Positions 52,901 through 64,000 of a stretch of 64,000 bases of DNA are shown one piece after another (the stretch's first letter is position 1; each line of letters begins with the position of its first letter). The translations under genes and the position numbers were made by a program. The notes below the pieces were generated by a model. The model did no database searches and was not told the origin of the DNA. It worked only from the letters and a program-made list of their open reading frames with translations. The stretch is from contig NC_092680.1 in the NCBI RefSeq assembly GCF_964355755.1, positions 15,695,045-15,759,044 on the forward strand, written 5' to 3'. Source of the DNA: Antedon mediterranea (Eukaryota; Animalia; Echinodermata).

Positions 52901-55900
52901 ATCTTGTTTTGTATTCATTGTGTAAAGTAATGATCTACTGTATGTATCGATGTAAATTGGGGGGGGGGGGGGGTGGTAGGATAGGGGTTGATAGTTGCTT
53001 TTGCCTTTTTTTTCTTTTCTGTTAATTGTTATATTTTATATTGTGAAGGATGCACCTTTGTGCTAAGTGTGCCACCGATCTAAAGGTGTAATTCCAAATA
53101 AATAAATAAAACGTTTAGTACTTTCTTGTGTTCTTCAGTGTTAACATCTGTTGATGTGGAAGTAAATCTGTGTAGAACAACTAAATGCTTTATTTACTTT
53201 GAGCTATTGGTGTAAAATTGATTCAAATTGAGTTTGATCAAAAATGATAATGTTAGTGTCTTAAATTCTACGTTCACTTTACATTCATCGTCTATAAACT
53301 TATTATGTTTAAATAATACCTCCCAAAGGTATATGTATATTAATTTATAAAGTACAAAACATAAAATTTTAAATTAATTTTAATAATGAATTTCTCAATC
53401 AATCAATACATTTGACTGATTACTGATAAGAGTAAATATTAATAGTCTACAGATTAAAGGTAACCAATATAATTATTACTGATGATGTTGTTTAGGAACA
53501 ACGAACATGCTTGCCAAGAATATTTTTATTATATTAATCTCAAGTTTATTTTAATTTTATTCTTACAGTAGGCCCTACACTTAAGCTGATATATAAATTA
53601 TTTAAAACATCCAGTGTTGTTCCTAAATGTATAATTATATATAGTATTATAATCACAATAATTATAGGCCTAAGATTATTAAATACAAATATATTCAGTT
53701 TTACAGTTTTATAAAAAAATATTTATTGATTAATTCAATCTACAATTTATTTATTTTCTAATTTTAAATTCTGAAAAATGTATAAATTAGTTTGTTATTT
53801 TTAATTCTTGCACAAAACAAATTTCTACATTAGTATGAACAAACATAAAAGCATTTATTTGTTACATTTATGTGAAATTTTGATAATTTCAACAACTGTG
53901 TTTGCATAATGATGGATGCATGTTTCTAAACTTGGTTCCCACTAGGATGCAATGCGACGACGTAAGCACAACGCAAAGGAATTGACCAATGACCAGCAAC
54001 AATTTGAATAACCCATTGCTTGTGATTGGTCAAATTACTTGTGTTGCACTTGTATAAGTGGGAACCATGCTTTATGCGTCTTTTACAGTATAATGTCACT
54101 AGCTCCATCCGTGTCACAATTTATTACATATGTGTTGTGTGTAAATTATTACAGTGCAGATCAACAGATAATCACTGATTACTTATCAATTAAACTCTAT
54201 GGTACAAATTGTGATTACCTTTGTGGCGGTACTATAATGAATACTACAGTAATATTGGAGTACATACTACTACACCATACTACATTTAAAAACAATACAT
54301 GGTTGGTTAGTTGAACTGTATAATTTGAAATTAAACAGATTTCTAAATTTAAACACATTTTATATTGACACCTGCTAAAGAATATTCTGCTTAATATTAT
54401 TTGAAGGTAAAACTTTATATAATATGTAAAAACAAATATAAAAGCTGTAGATAATATTTTTTAAGGATAAAAAATTCCCAAAGGTTGTGTTATTTTCAGT
54501 GTGATTCAGGATCACTGCCCTACAGATATTAAATTCCAACTCCCCAAGGAAAACTGGCCTTCAGTGACCCCTACTCAAAAGTGTTACCAACAAAGTGAAT
54601 TGCACATCTACAACTGTAAACACTAGCCATACTGATTAGTAACTAAGGCAAAAGACATTGCCAAGGGAATGGTTTGAGAGAGCCCACGCCGAGACAGACA
54701 TCATGATAGTAAATTTTCGTTGGTCAGCCATGGTTCTGATGACAGATTTGGCTATGGGTGATGACTTCAGATGGTCAATACAGCTGTTGTCTGTTTCAGA
54801 ATTCAATAGTTGTACTGTAAGGCCACTATGGGGGCAGGAAGTTGTGTTTATGCCTCAAGTCCACCCATGTACTGTACATTGAACTTTTGGTCTGTATTAG
54901 TAATTATTATTTAGTAATTTTAAAATATCACACTCTTTGTTTAGTTTAGATTTAATATTTACTTTATTTTGTACTTATTATCATGATATTTTGAGAAAAT
55001 TAAATGTTTTATAAGAATAAAACAAGTCAAACAAGAAAAGAATCTTTTATAATACTATAAAAATACTAGGAACATAGTAGGCCTATAAGTATAGATATTA
55101 GATGTATGCAATTAAAAATGTGTAACAAATCTGTAGTATCTATGGAAGTACTATCTATGTAGGTTTATAATATAGGTTTTTCATTTGGTTCTTCTTTAGA
55201 TGCATTTCATCTGTTACTGTAACTGACCCCTTTTTTATGATATTTAACATGTTTTAACAAGCTTGTTAATGAGTGTCTTTTGGTTCAAAGGCAAAACATT
55301 GGTAGTATAACTTTGTGGCTAGCGGTTTAACCACCAACCTCAGCTTAATTACACTATTATAAATATTGATTTTCTGCGGTTAGTTTTGACAAGCCAAGTA
55401 TGGTTGTTAACGTGTTAATTAATACGTTAATAGGTGGATGTATTCAGGCTACATAGCTTGAATAATGCAATAGTGCTAGGGTGATAGGCAGATTCGGGGT
55501 GGGGTTTAGGGGGTTGTATTGAGTACTTTTGTACAGGATTGTTTAAAGGCCAGGTGCGGGCAAAAAATGTCATACATTCCAATAATTATCGATCTATAGT
55601 TTCCCCTAGGTTTCATAATTTTTGGGATTTTTTTGTGTTACACCAGCTTGTTGAAAATAAGCACTTTCTTATCAGTGGGGAGATAAAATTACACAGTAAA
55701 ATCTCTATTCTTTTGTACACAAATGTTGCATTTTTAAAAAACTATGAAACGGTGTGGTATATCCACCATCTTTTTTCTTCTTCTAGGGAGTCACCAGACA
55801 TGTTATTGCACTACCTACTAACTACTGAAAAAAAGTCTTCCTGGTTTTTAGAGCAGAATTTTGCCAAATTTTGTATTTTACCATTTTAAGGGAAATTCAT

Positions 55901-58879
55901 ATTTTTTCTTCTTGATTTTTATTACAAATGTGTTTGATTTATGTACAATTAATCTGATATTATATTTAAAATTTATGCCTTGTACCTAAGGTGGACACTA
56001 TTATTACCCATCTACACAAATCTGATTGACCAAATGTTAGGGTTGGTACAGAGCAAAATCCAGGATTTATGAAATAGTGGTGCATTATAATAGACTTGGG
56101 CAGAGCCTACCTCCTTCCAATTGTTCAGCAGAGATTTGACCATTTTAAAGTGTGTTTATATATCCTTCAACTATTGTTATGTTATTGTTATAATAATAAT
56201 GTTAGAAAATGTAATTTTTTTGTGTAATAACTGACTTTCAGATATTTTAATACCAAAATTCCACATTTCCACTACTCGTCATAAAAATTGTATAAAACAC
56301 TCTTGTGTTGAAATAAAGCATTCTGAATTGAAAACCTTTAAATACATACACACGCTGTAGGGTTGACAAAGATAATTATTATTAAAACGAAAAATATGTT
56401 GGATGACAGCCATCTAATATAGGTCTAAACTATAAGTGAACTTGTTTTCAAGGAACAATTGGAGAAATCATGATTGTTAGTTTTGACTTAAACTTAATAT
56501 GAAGCATTTGATTAAATTTATTCATGACATTCAGTAACCATCTGCAGTTAAGTTTAAAATGTTTTCACTTATTGAAAAAAAAAATGAAAGTGTCAAAACG
56601 CAATTTTAATTCTTTAGTAAACTTGCTCTAATGTTTATTTATGAAGCCTACGTTAAAAAAAAAAAGATTTTTTTTAGATAATCGTTTTAAATAGAATAAT
56701 TAATAATAATTTTGGAGAATAGTTAAGAATACATATTTAACAATGCATGCAATTTGGAGGTAACTTAGTGACCTAGTATTGGGTTAATATCTTTTTTAAT
56801 CTTAAAGATGTATTGTCCCTTGAAACACAAAAAAATTAAAGTCAAAATATACTAAATTTTTATTGGCCATATCAAAGTAATATTAAAGTTATTCACTTTA
56901 AGTCGAAAATTCGAGCCAAAAACAACAATTTTACGTAATTAACAGCTAAATTAATTTGATTACATTTCGTCTGGAAAATAGTCGCGATTAAAAGTAAACA
57001 AAGATTTTAAACCATGAGTACGCATTATGCATGATGCTAATTAGGATTGTTTACAACCCGTCATGGTTGAGAAGGTGTTTTCACACAGGTCGCGAGGAAC
57101 TTTTATGATTATGCATACAGAGTAGCCAAATAAGCGCGTTGCATTATAAGATATGTTTTGATCGAAAACTTTGACTGGAAGTCAGTTATTTTTTGAACCA
57201 AAAAACGTCTGTATTTCAGTTAAATGATTTTTTTTCCGACTAATTTTTGGTGAAAGGTAATAACTATTATGATACTTCAAAATGACCCAGTTTTTTTCGA
57301 AATCTTATAAATGTTAATAATATAGTTTTTGTTTGAGTTCATACTATTACTATAATTACAATAATACATCAACATTATTTTTATAGGTTTTTGCTATTCT
57401 AAAGTATTTATTCGTTTTACATGAAAATGTCCCCTTAATAAAAATGTCAACAAGAAGTAGGGATTCTACTGTGTAGTCCACTCAGCAATTATTATCACAT
57501 TGGAAGAGGACTGCATTTCAATTTATTTATTCAAACGCTAAATTTGTATAACATTGCCTTGAGCATTGTGTACTATTATAAAATGCTGTAACAATTTAAC
57601 ACCCTAAAGGTTGTAAGACATAGTTTAGCTGTTGAATGCTTTGGTCATATAGGACTGTACAGTTGCTGACAGAATTCAGTTCCTCTTGTGCCATCGGTCA
57701 GTAGTATTGATGTACTGTAGATATGTACAGCATCTGTATCTACTTTTAAAATTATCAGAGCTCAACTTTTACCTTCTAAAGCCAAATATAATATCATATA
57801 AAACACCTAAATATATTTCTGTCATTTGATTGGACAATTGTGGGTTACATGGCATGTAATAGTTTGTATTATATAACACCTATATAAATTCCTGTCATTT
57901 GATTGGACGAATGTGGGTCACATGGCGTGCAATAGTACGCACTATTCAACGATCGTTAAATAGTACTTTTTGAAACATTTTTGTTTGTTATTTAGATGTT
58001 ATATAAAACAAATAATGAATGTTTTGTATTCGTGCAATGGTACAAATAATGGCACGAGGTGAATGATGAAAGGTTATATCAACGAGGCAAAGCATTATTT
58101 GTATACTATTTAATGATCTTGTGATAGTACTTTTTTTGTGTAAACAAAAATCTTGAAAAAATGTGCATGAAATCCAATAGAAGCATAATCTTGTTTTGTG
58201 CAAACGGAAGCAGTGATGCGCCCAAAACATGATCTCTCCCTCACAACAAAGAATAGAACAATGGCAATGACAAGGATATACAGTACTGCAAAAGCTGATA
58301 GGTTTTTGTATTTTTAATACCTGAATACTTAATACTGTGCAACAGCCATATGAATAATATAAGTAGTGTAACCAATTTAATGGATAGGGCGAGTAAGTAG
58401 TAATAATTCCATCACCAATGGATATCAACTGTTAGACATGTAATGTGTTAATATTGAATCAACTAACTATTAATCTGTGGATAGCCTCTGTGGGAGTTTG
58501 ATGTCAGTCATCTTGAGACCACACAGCTGTTTGGTGGACTAATGCTGTATGGTGGCAGTATGCAACTAAATATTAAATATGTGATGTTATAAAAATAATT
58601 TGATATGACACTAGAACCCCTTCTTGGGACACACATGACACGCTTATTAAGGGGACTCCTATAAGGGACACTTTCAAACAAATGAAAGGCAAAACACTAT
58701 CCACTTCAGAGGACACCTTGATTAAGGAGACACTTTGGTGGATTTTTTGTGAGTGCACGTGCCTTTATAGGAGTTCTACTGTGGTTTAATGTATTTCAAA
58801 ATGAATAATTTTTGTTTGTTTTTTAGGCCGCCCTTCACATGAAAATGCTTCAACGTCAACGAGCCCAAAACTCGAGTGA
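25904..58879 (+). CDS. BORCS8: BLOC-1-related complex subunit 8 (MEF2BNB), whole gene, 7 coding exons, 166 aa
   Basis: join(25904-25943,26845-26898,28462-28574,40158-40222,49727-49837,50353-50417,58827-58879) = 501 nt, all GT-AG and in phase. The core QEPEMDNKVRRVTEKFSESLHIVANDPSLAMYRIQEHIRKSLPHQAQCKADLTLLHQDVKGHSYDVSYAISAVEAMHDSKTPFSNIESLLKSSI aligns with my recollection of vertebrate BORCS8 (EEPEMQLKGKKVTDKFTESVYVLANEPSVALYRLQEHVRRSLPELAQHKAD...). Confidence 0.92.
26389..26708. mobile_element. MITE with ~53-bp perfect TIR in BORCS8 intron 1
   Basis: TGCACTTGTCAATTGTATGACCCACTATACGACCCCCGGGAGAGGTGCGTCAT and its exact reverse complement. TAA TSD and internal GGTGCGTCA repeats. Confidence 0.88.
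26845..26898 (+). CDS. BORCS8: BORCS8 exon 2
   Basis: TTTTAACAG| ANSSDNLQEPEMDNKVRR G|GTACAT; contains the conserved EPEM. Confidence 0.88.
27270..27412 (-). mobile_element. Decayed Deu/Nin-like SINE fragment
   Basis: Plus strand reads GTACACCGGG...CTGGGTTCT...TAAAGTGCACA...GTGTACACTTGACCT...GTCCTTATC. Confidence 0.6.
28462..28574 (+). CDS. BORCS8: BORCS8 exon 3
   Basis: T-rich TATAG| VTEKFSESLHIVANDPSLAMYRIQEHIRKSLPHQAQCK |GTAGGT; 113 nt. Confidence 0.95.
28546..29328 (+). repeat. 79-85 bp tandem repeat, 5 units, spanning the BORCS8 exon 3/intron 3 junction
   Basis: Units start at 28546, 28625, 28710, 28792 and 28871; the last is split by the MITE. Confidence 0.95.
28914..29287. mobile_element. 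Harbinger-type MITE inserted in the 79-bp tandem repeat
   Basis: TIR AGCTGATTTTCCACTAGGCGAATTTGTTCGCGCGAATC with a TTA TSD. The empty site CATTAAGTC is visible in sister repeat units. Confidence 0.9.
29750..30035 (-). mobile_element. Deu/Nin-like SINE
   Basis: Reverse complement of the core at 42770, with a B-box remnant GGGTTCGAGG near 30020 and an A-rich tail near 29755. Confidence 0.65.
30154..30328. mobile_element. Non-autonomous DNA element with 5-bp TSD
   Basis: CAGGGAACATTTTC...GAAAATTTTCCCTG, flanked by AGAGC on both sides. Confidence 0.7.
35209..35385. mobile_element. Decayed Tc1/mariner-pogo-type MITE
   Basis: TA|CAGTGGAAACCC...GGAGTTCTACTG|TA with internal GGACACCCCTATTAAG-like motifs. 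Relatives occur at about 42386-42660, 43652-43812 and 58610-58781. Confidence 0.55.
37090..37715. repeat. ~19-20 bp minisatellite (TTGTCACCAAACTATAATC / TTGTCACCAACTATTATT)
   Basis: Roughly 30 units of two alternating variants, visible directly. Confidence 0.95.
39380..40009. repeat. 173-178 bp tandem repeat, ~3.6 units
   Basis: Units start at 39380, 39553, 39731 and 39904 (TAAGARTAGTTGGACACAA...). Confidence 0.93.
40158..40222 (+). CDS. BORCS8: BORCS8 exon 4
   Basis: TTTAG| ADLTLLHQDVKGHSYDVSYAI AG|GTAAGA; 65 nt. Confidence 0.93.
42100..42326. repeat. Local direct duplication, ~100 bp x2
   Basis: TAAGCCCATCTTAAGATATTATAAGCCCATCC...CAATTTGTTCCCTAT at about 42100 and 42228. Confidence 0.85.
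42770..42960 (+). mobile_element. SINE fragment with Deu/Nin-like central domain
   Basis: GGATAAGGACTATAAACCGTAGGTCC...TTAAAGAACC...TTTCGAGACGAGTAGGGGGTTACCCCGGTGT resembles the recalled DeuSINE core. Confidence 0.7.
47737..49458. repeat. 28/30-bp minisatellite (GCAGCACCATGAGATCTTACTCTTAGAT) in BORCS8 intron 4
   Basis: 28-bp period on the left, 30-bp period (GTGCAGCACCATGAGACCTTACTGTCCTGT) on the right; interrupted by a SINE. Confidence 0.96.
47935..48235 (-). mobile_element. tRNA-derived SINE
   Basis: A box TGGCTTGGTGG (48225-48215), B box GGTTCAAGTCC (48181-48171), ~210 bp body and an A-rich tail. Confidence 0.85.
49727..49837 (+). CDS. BORCS8: BORCS8 exon 5
   Basis: TTTCAG| SAVEAMHDSKTPFSNIESLLKSSIYHKQQLNERSAAL AG|GTACAG; 111 nt. 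Confidence 0.93.
50353..50417 (+). CDS. BORCS8: BORCS8 exon 6 (Ser-rich tail)
   Basis: TTCTTATAG| RVQSKQEKRSSISSSPQRQLLS G|GTACAG; phases fit. Confidence 0.75.
51038..51534. mobile_element. hAT-like non-autonomous DNA element
   Basis: TIR CAGTGGCAGATCTAGG...CCTAGATCCACCACTG with a G-rich left subterminal region. No clean TSD (GTTTC versus GCTTC). Confidence 0.6.
53929..54071. mobile_element. Diverged MITE family A relative
   Basis: CTTGGTTCCCACTAG...GTGGGAACCATGCT with the same CCAAT/ATTGG core. A more decayed copy lies at about 41243-41381. Confidence 0.7.
58827..58879 (+). CDS. BORCS8: BORCS8 putative last coding exon
   Basis: Long T-rich tract TTTTAG| GRPSHENASTSTSPKLE TGA; phase 1 fits exon 6. 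Confidence 0.65.
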
Positions 58880-59344
58880 TGAACCATGCATATTTGTAGG
58901 CCTAAAGCAAATGCTATTTAAAAGTAACACAAAAGGAAGAGTAATACAATATTGAAGACAATGTTAAACCAAAAGTGAAAGAAGCACAATTGGTGATTTT
59001 TTTCACTAAAATGTAAAATAAGATTTATATGTAATTTACTTTTGAGTATAAAAATGTGCTTATTTTTTTATACTAATATTATTTAATACTACATATAGTG
59101 GTGTACAAAACTGTCCATTAAATCTTTATTTGATATGATATGCACCATAGTTGTTTTGCCTTTCATTGGATTTGGAAAATTATGTTTGGTTTTTTTTACA
59201 ATATTCAAGTGAATTGGGATATAAACATACCAACTTCAATGTGTGGTTGTTTACATGATCAGATATTTTGACTAATTTAACCCATAAGTATGCAAGTTAT
59301 ATCTGACCCTATTTTGATGATATCAAATAAGTATTTAAAGTACT

Positions 59345-59500
59345 GTACCTAAACGAGCGCCAGGTGCTGTACACCTGGGTGGAGAGAGGCAAACGTAAGT
59401 AAAGTACCTTGCCTAATTGCACAAGCAATGCGGCAAGAGTTGGATTTGAACCAATGATCTCACGATCAGTAGTCCAACGTCCAACACAATGCGCCACACA
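59345..59500 (-). mobile_element. tRNA-derived SINE fragment with CORE/Meta-type central domain
   Basis: Minus strand: TGGCGCATTG (A box-like), GGTTCAAATCC (B box), then GGCAAGGTACTTTAC...TGCCTCTCTCCACCCAGGTGTA. Confidence 0.65.
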
Positions 59501-61522
59501 CCCTTACAACTGATATAAAAATGATATAAACTTGAGATGAGAACATCATTCTAAAATCTAATATATTTCTATAGGAGAATTTTCTAGCCTTGTGTAGAAA
59601 GTATGTCAGATATGTTTCTATGCCATATTAGTGCTACATCATGGAAGAGGCCCACAAATTGTTATTAATAGAGCACAACTAATTTGCAAGCCCTACTAAC
59701 AAGAAAGGTTATCGTATTACTTTTAATCGGAGATGACATTTCCTCTGTATTTTATTGAAAATTTAGTCCCGACTGTCAGAAAGCAGGACGCAAAAGCGTC
59801 CTCCAACATCTCCGCCCTCGTTTTTCTACGGTTTGTTTATCGTTTCTGTCAGTCACCCGCTTGGTCTCTGTGGAGGTCCTACTTTTTGTTTTTTTTAATG
59901 ACTTTTTTGTGATTAAATGAAGACGAAAGATAAAATTTGTGAAGGATATGCGTAAACACCTTTGTGTTCACAACTTATATTTAAAATGAGTAACAAGTCT
60001 GTTGCGGTATTGTTTGTCAAAAGTTGAATAAAAACTTCCATTGCTTGTTGACAGATTATGTACGCCTGGGGACAACATAGAACCGGGCCAAGGACAGTTT
60101 ACGATGAACCCCAAATTTCTATAGTGGCATGACTTGACAAAGATTTTACCTGGAAATGTCTGGCTTGCTTCACAAAAAACCAGATCTATTAACAAAATAA
60201 AAATTAATTCATTTCTGAACCAATATTATTAGTACATATTAAATTTGTTTGAAAGGGGACAAACCAACCTTGACAAGGCTGGGAATTCAGATAGTGTTCT
60301 CAATAGCATTGGTTCAAAATTCCCAAAACACAACAATTTGAGTGAATTAAAATGAGAATTTGGTTTCATTATACACTAGCATATGTTGCCAATTATTAAG
60401 CATCATTCAATGTAACCCCTCTTCAATCAGTAGTTGATTCTTCCATGCAATTTAAAATGATCTCGCATTATTGCGATCAGCTGGAGGACTAAAACCGCAT
60501 CAACCATTTTATAGACAAAATCTTAGAAAAGGTGAAATGCTGTCATAGACCGTCACGTACAACATACGAAGCACGTACAAATATGCAAGTCAACTTGTGT
60601 AGGTGTGATGGATAGTTTCAATCAAATTTAATCGATTTTGTAATGCGACGATATTCTTACGAAATGCCTATTTCCATCTACAAAGAACGTTTAAATTGAA
60701 ATGTTTGTCATGTATATTCAGACACACTATAAATATCAAAAGCTTCGACTTGATTTAGCCAAAATTTTAATCTAATCATAAGCATTTTACTGGGGTTGGA
60801 AGAATTTATAGATTACTTCAGTTTTCTGAAACTCCAAATTCAAACACCCATTGGTACTGTATATGAAAATCCTTTTGTTATAATGTCATTTCATAGACTA
60901 TGCACACTGTAGCCTGCTTAGTCCCTGAAGACTGCTGAGTCCCTTAAGAACCAATTATTCCTCCTTATATGAACACTATGCTCAGATTTTTACGGGAATA
61001 ATTATTTGCTAGATAAATGTTGATTCCCACTTGTATTTATTCCAAAGATAAGTAACTTTGCCGACTCTTTTGTTTGTTTTGGTAGTCTGATTAAATTGTT
61101 ATCAAAATAATCTAAGCAAATAGTGTTAATGTTAAAACAAACACAAAAATCAAACACAAACCAGCTGCAAAAATCAACTTATTCATTGTTATTGTCTGTT
61201 CTATGAAGAAATATTTTATATACACATTTTGAATTTCAAAATATACATTCTTCAAAATTTCAATCAAGGAGCTTCAGAATTCAACCTAGTTATTTTACCG
61301 GTTTGAATTAACCATCAAAGTACACAAGTATATTCTTTGAATATAGTGATGATTCATGTAGATATGTGAAACATGTATTCAAATTCAGTATTAGGGTTCG
61401 TGCATGTCATGTAATTGTTAGATATGTCCTACAACTAGAGTTCATGCATTGTGACAGGTTTTGAATTTGACAGTAGAACTTCTCTTCACATACTGTAGCC
61501 ATTGTGTATAATGTGAAAGAAA

Positions 61523-61546
61523 TCAACGATCTCTATTCTGGTCAAC
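61523..61546 (-). CDS. WDR93: WDR93 last coding exon
   Basis: TTATTTCCTAG| VDQNRDR TGA. Confidence 0.7.
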   Translation of the reverse strand, partial: VDQNRDR

Positions 61547-63975
61547 CTAGGAAATAAAGAAGAACTAAAAATTAGTGATCATTGAAGTAGATACTTTAAT
61601 ATTGTATATAATAAATAAATAAACTAAATTGTTAATAGAGTAGTAAAGTAGAGTTCCAAATTGATTAACATTTAACAGAAAGTTGTTTTCAATTGTTTTA
61701 AAAGTGGGAAAATTAATTTAAAAACAAAATTTTTGTGACAAAATGAGGTGCTTACCTTTGCATGGCGTAGTTTCTGAACAATATCTACATCATTTTTTAG
61801 TTTCTTCCAGCGATCCTGCATCCTTATCTGCCTCTTATTCTGAGCTGCAAGCCTAAGGAATACAGAGGTAAGCACACTATGTTATTTCTCATCGCAAGAA
61901 TGTTTGCTAAGGGTATGGGGATACAGAAGATACACTGCAAATATGCGCTCTCATCCCTATCACCGCCTCAGCCTGCTGACAAACGTAATAAACCACTTTT
62001 TATGTTATGTTTTTATGTCTTTAGGCACATGCGCCCACGGAATACCAAAAGTAAATTAATCACTGTCCTATCAGATTGGTGGTAATCTCCCGATATAGGG
62101 GCTATTTTGTGAACCAGGGTAACACCCTACTTGAATGCTTAACTGGGTTCTTTAAAGTTCACATGGGCTACTTGTGTACACTGGACCTACGGTTTATAGT
62201 ACTTATTTGAAATAAGTTGTTCCACCACAAGAACTAGGAGGGACTCACCCACAGACCCATCATGCCGATAATGTTGGCTAATAAAGTACAGTAAATGGTT
62301 CCCCTGCCTTACTGCTCGGTTATTGACTCGCTCAATGGCTCTGAAAAGAATTTACAAACGCATAAATCACTGTCAAAATAGATACTGGTCACATTATCAT
62401 TTGTATTACCTGTCAGCTAGGTAGGCATCAAATCGTTTCTCAGTGCTGATATGAACTGTGAATGGCTGAGGCTCCTGTACATTTTGCCAGTAGCTTTCTA
62501 ATGGTGGCGCTGAACGCAGTTGAAATACGAATATTGAGCTGTCTTCGTTTTGTAAAATGTAATCCTTATCAGAATTTACCTTGTTAGCTGTAAAAGATAA
62601 CATTGGTTCCAAAGTATCATTGAAATATTTGGTAATACAGCATCTCATTTATATCAGATAAAACATCACATGTGAAACACATGTGATGTTGTAATACCAA
62701 ATATTCCTATGATACTTCAGAAATAGATACAGTACTGAGATTAGGCTGATATACAGTATGGTGGCCATTTTGAGGAGTTTTTGCCGTTTCTTTTAACCTA
62801 ATTAATTATCTAGTTGTACCATACCTCTATGGGTATAATACACTCTTCATCTGTCCAGTATTGATGATATTTACCTTTCATAAACAACATCTGTCCCTCT
62901 GCTCCTAGCGTTATTACTGGTGACCATGGTATGGACAGCTGATATGATTCCGGAAGAAGTATTTCACATATTACATCACCTTTCACTGCATCATATAACA
63001 TTACAGTTCCTGTCTTACACGCTGTTAAAATCTATATAAAACATGATTGATTCTTACATTATTAATTGATTGATTTAATTTGTATTAAAACAGACCAAAA
63101 CATAGAGAACATACATACAGTGAAATTAGAAATAAAGAATGAATGAATGAATACTGTACACATGGAGACACAATTACAAATGGAAGAAAAAATTTATTGA
63201 ATGCCTGGATAATCTAACTATTTCTAATAGGGTCCATAAGCAAAGGGAATCATTTTGGTCCCCCCCCCCCACCCTCCCCTTTTTAACTGCATGTTAATGT
63301 TTTGAACTGGGGTTGGGTCAACCGGCTTAGCTACAGTGATTTAGTTCACTAAGTTGACCCTGGTCTCCCCAAGCTAATGTGATTTAGTTAAGTAAGTTGA
63401 CCCTGGTCTCCCCAAGCTAATGTTTTTTTATAAAATATAAACAACCAAATGAAATATTTCCATTGTTTATGATGCTCTAAAGAAATGTTTATAGTTATTG
63501 TTATAGTCTAGTTGCTCTTGTTTAACCCATAGAACTACAGTACTGTATTTTGAGATTTACAATTAATAATCAGCAAAAATTTGATTCATGATTCTTCTGG
63601 TATTGATCGGTATTGATTTACTTTTATACAGTAGTAGCAAATCTTTATTCCAGTATTAAATTTTCTCTACTCTCTCGCAAAAAAAAATAGAACGTACCAC
63701 TTGAGGAATTAATGGAAAAGTCTGAATGAAGCAAAGCTTTTCAACCTCATAGGTAGACTTCTTCACAATGCTGACGTTCTGTGTTGTTTGTGTACCCCCA
63801 CATGGTATGCTTGTGAGTGAGCCATCACTGCACCCTACAAGGACAATACAAGGCTGTTTTGTGGCATAAGGTGCGTTGGTACCACCAGTGCTTTCACTCA
63901 GAACATTTGGGTTGAGGAACTTTATGTACGTGACAAATCCACTCGATGAAACCTTCTGTACTTTTAAAGGAATAC
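61523..63975 (-). CDS. WDR93: WD repeat-containing protein 93, 3' part (5 coding exons; gene continues beyond window)
   Basis: join(63975-63698,63031-62875,62587-62410,61852-61756,61546-61523), GT-AG, in phase. GTVMLYDAVKGDVICEILLPESYQLSIPWSPVITLG...SSIFVFQLRSAPPLE...EKRFDAYL resembles the recalled human WDR93 C-terminus ([35 protein letters not shown]...SVFYFNFEACPLLE...EKRCERFL). Confidence 0.85.
61756..61852 (-). CDS. WDR93: WDR93 penultimate coding exon
   Basis: TTCCTTAG| RLAAQNKRQIRMQDRWKKLKNDVDIVQKLRHAK |GTAAGC; 97 nt. Confidence 0.85.
62110..62335 (-). mobile_element. Deu/Nin-like SINE fragment in a WDR93 intron
   Basis: Plus strand reads CTGGGTTCTTTAAAGT...GTGTACACTGGACCTACGGTTTATAGT. 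Confidence 0.6.
62410..62587 (-). CDS. WDR93: WDR93 internal exon
   Basis: TTTTACAG| ANKVNSDKD...FDAYLAD AG|GTAATA; 178 nt. Confidence 0.87.
62875..63031 (-). CDS. WDR93: WDR93 internal exon
   Basis: TATATAG| ILTACKTGTVMLYD...QMLFMK G|GTAAAT; 157 nt. Confidence 0.88.
63336..63422. repeat. 43-bp tandem duplication in a WDR93 intron
   Basis: GTGATTTAGTT...TAAGTTGACCCTGGTCTCCCCAAGCTAATGT occurs twice. Confidence 0.85.
63698..63975 (-). CDS. WDR93: WDR93 internal exon
   Basis: TGTAG| IPLKVQKVSS...PCIVLVGCSDGSL...FPLIPQV |GTACGT; includes a WD-like VLVGCSDGS strand. Confidence 0.85.
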
Positions 63976-64000
63976 CTACAATTAAAATATACACATTTGT

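Noticed and set aside
54500-54630. Alternative BORCS8 terminal exon
   Set aside because: An acceptor exists, but it gives only V-stop or GSLPYRY-stop in the required phase. It cannot be supported without transcript data.
56802-57300. Kolobok-like element starting TTAA|AGATG (similar starts at about 22401 and 55542)
   Set aside because: Only one terminus is visible, so TIR and TSD cannot be confirmed.
59789-59806. Hairpin AGGACGC-AAAA-GCGTCCT as a terminator
   Set aside because: Eukaryotic context and no U-tract; more likely part of a repeat fragment.

Overview
AT-rich eukaryotic (animal) genomic DNA with GT-AG spliced genes. The repeat content suggests a marine invertebrate deuterostome such as an echinoderm, but that is inference. 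Three protein-coding genes were reconstructed by hand with consistent splice phases. (1) A complete 4-exon Rv2258c-like class I SAM-dependent methyltransferase (minus, 17621-5454, 371 aa). (2) A complete 7-exon BORCS8/MEF2BNB gene (plus, 25904-58879, 166 aa), almost invisible in the ORF track because its exons are 40-113 bp. (3) The last five coding exons of WDR93 (minus, 63975-61523), which runs off the right edge. The rest is introns and intergenic DNA with PIF/Harbinger-type MITEs, tRNA-derived SINEs, other non-autonomous DNA elements and several minisatellites. The most unusual observations are a five-fold tandem amplification of the BORCS8 exon-3 splice donor, a domain-scale switch between TAGGCCTA-rich and TAC(A/T)GTA-rich DNA that tracks gene boundaries, 25-28 bp palindromic insertions with target-site duplications, and three CCAAT-bearing MITEs around a small CpG-rich patch. 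No prokaryote-type system (CRISPR, operon, defence island) is present. All family assignments are from memory, with no database search.
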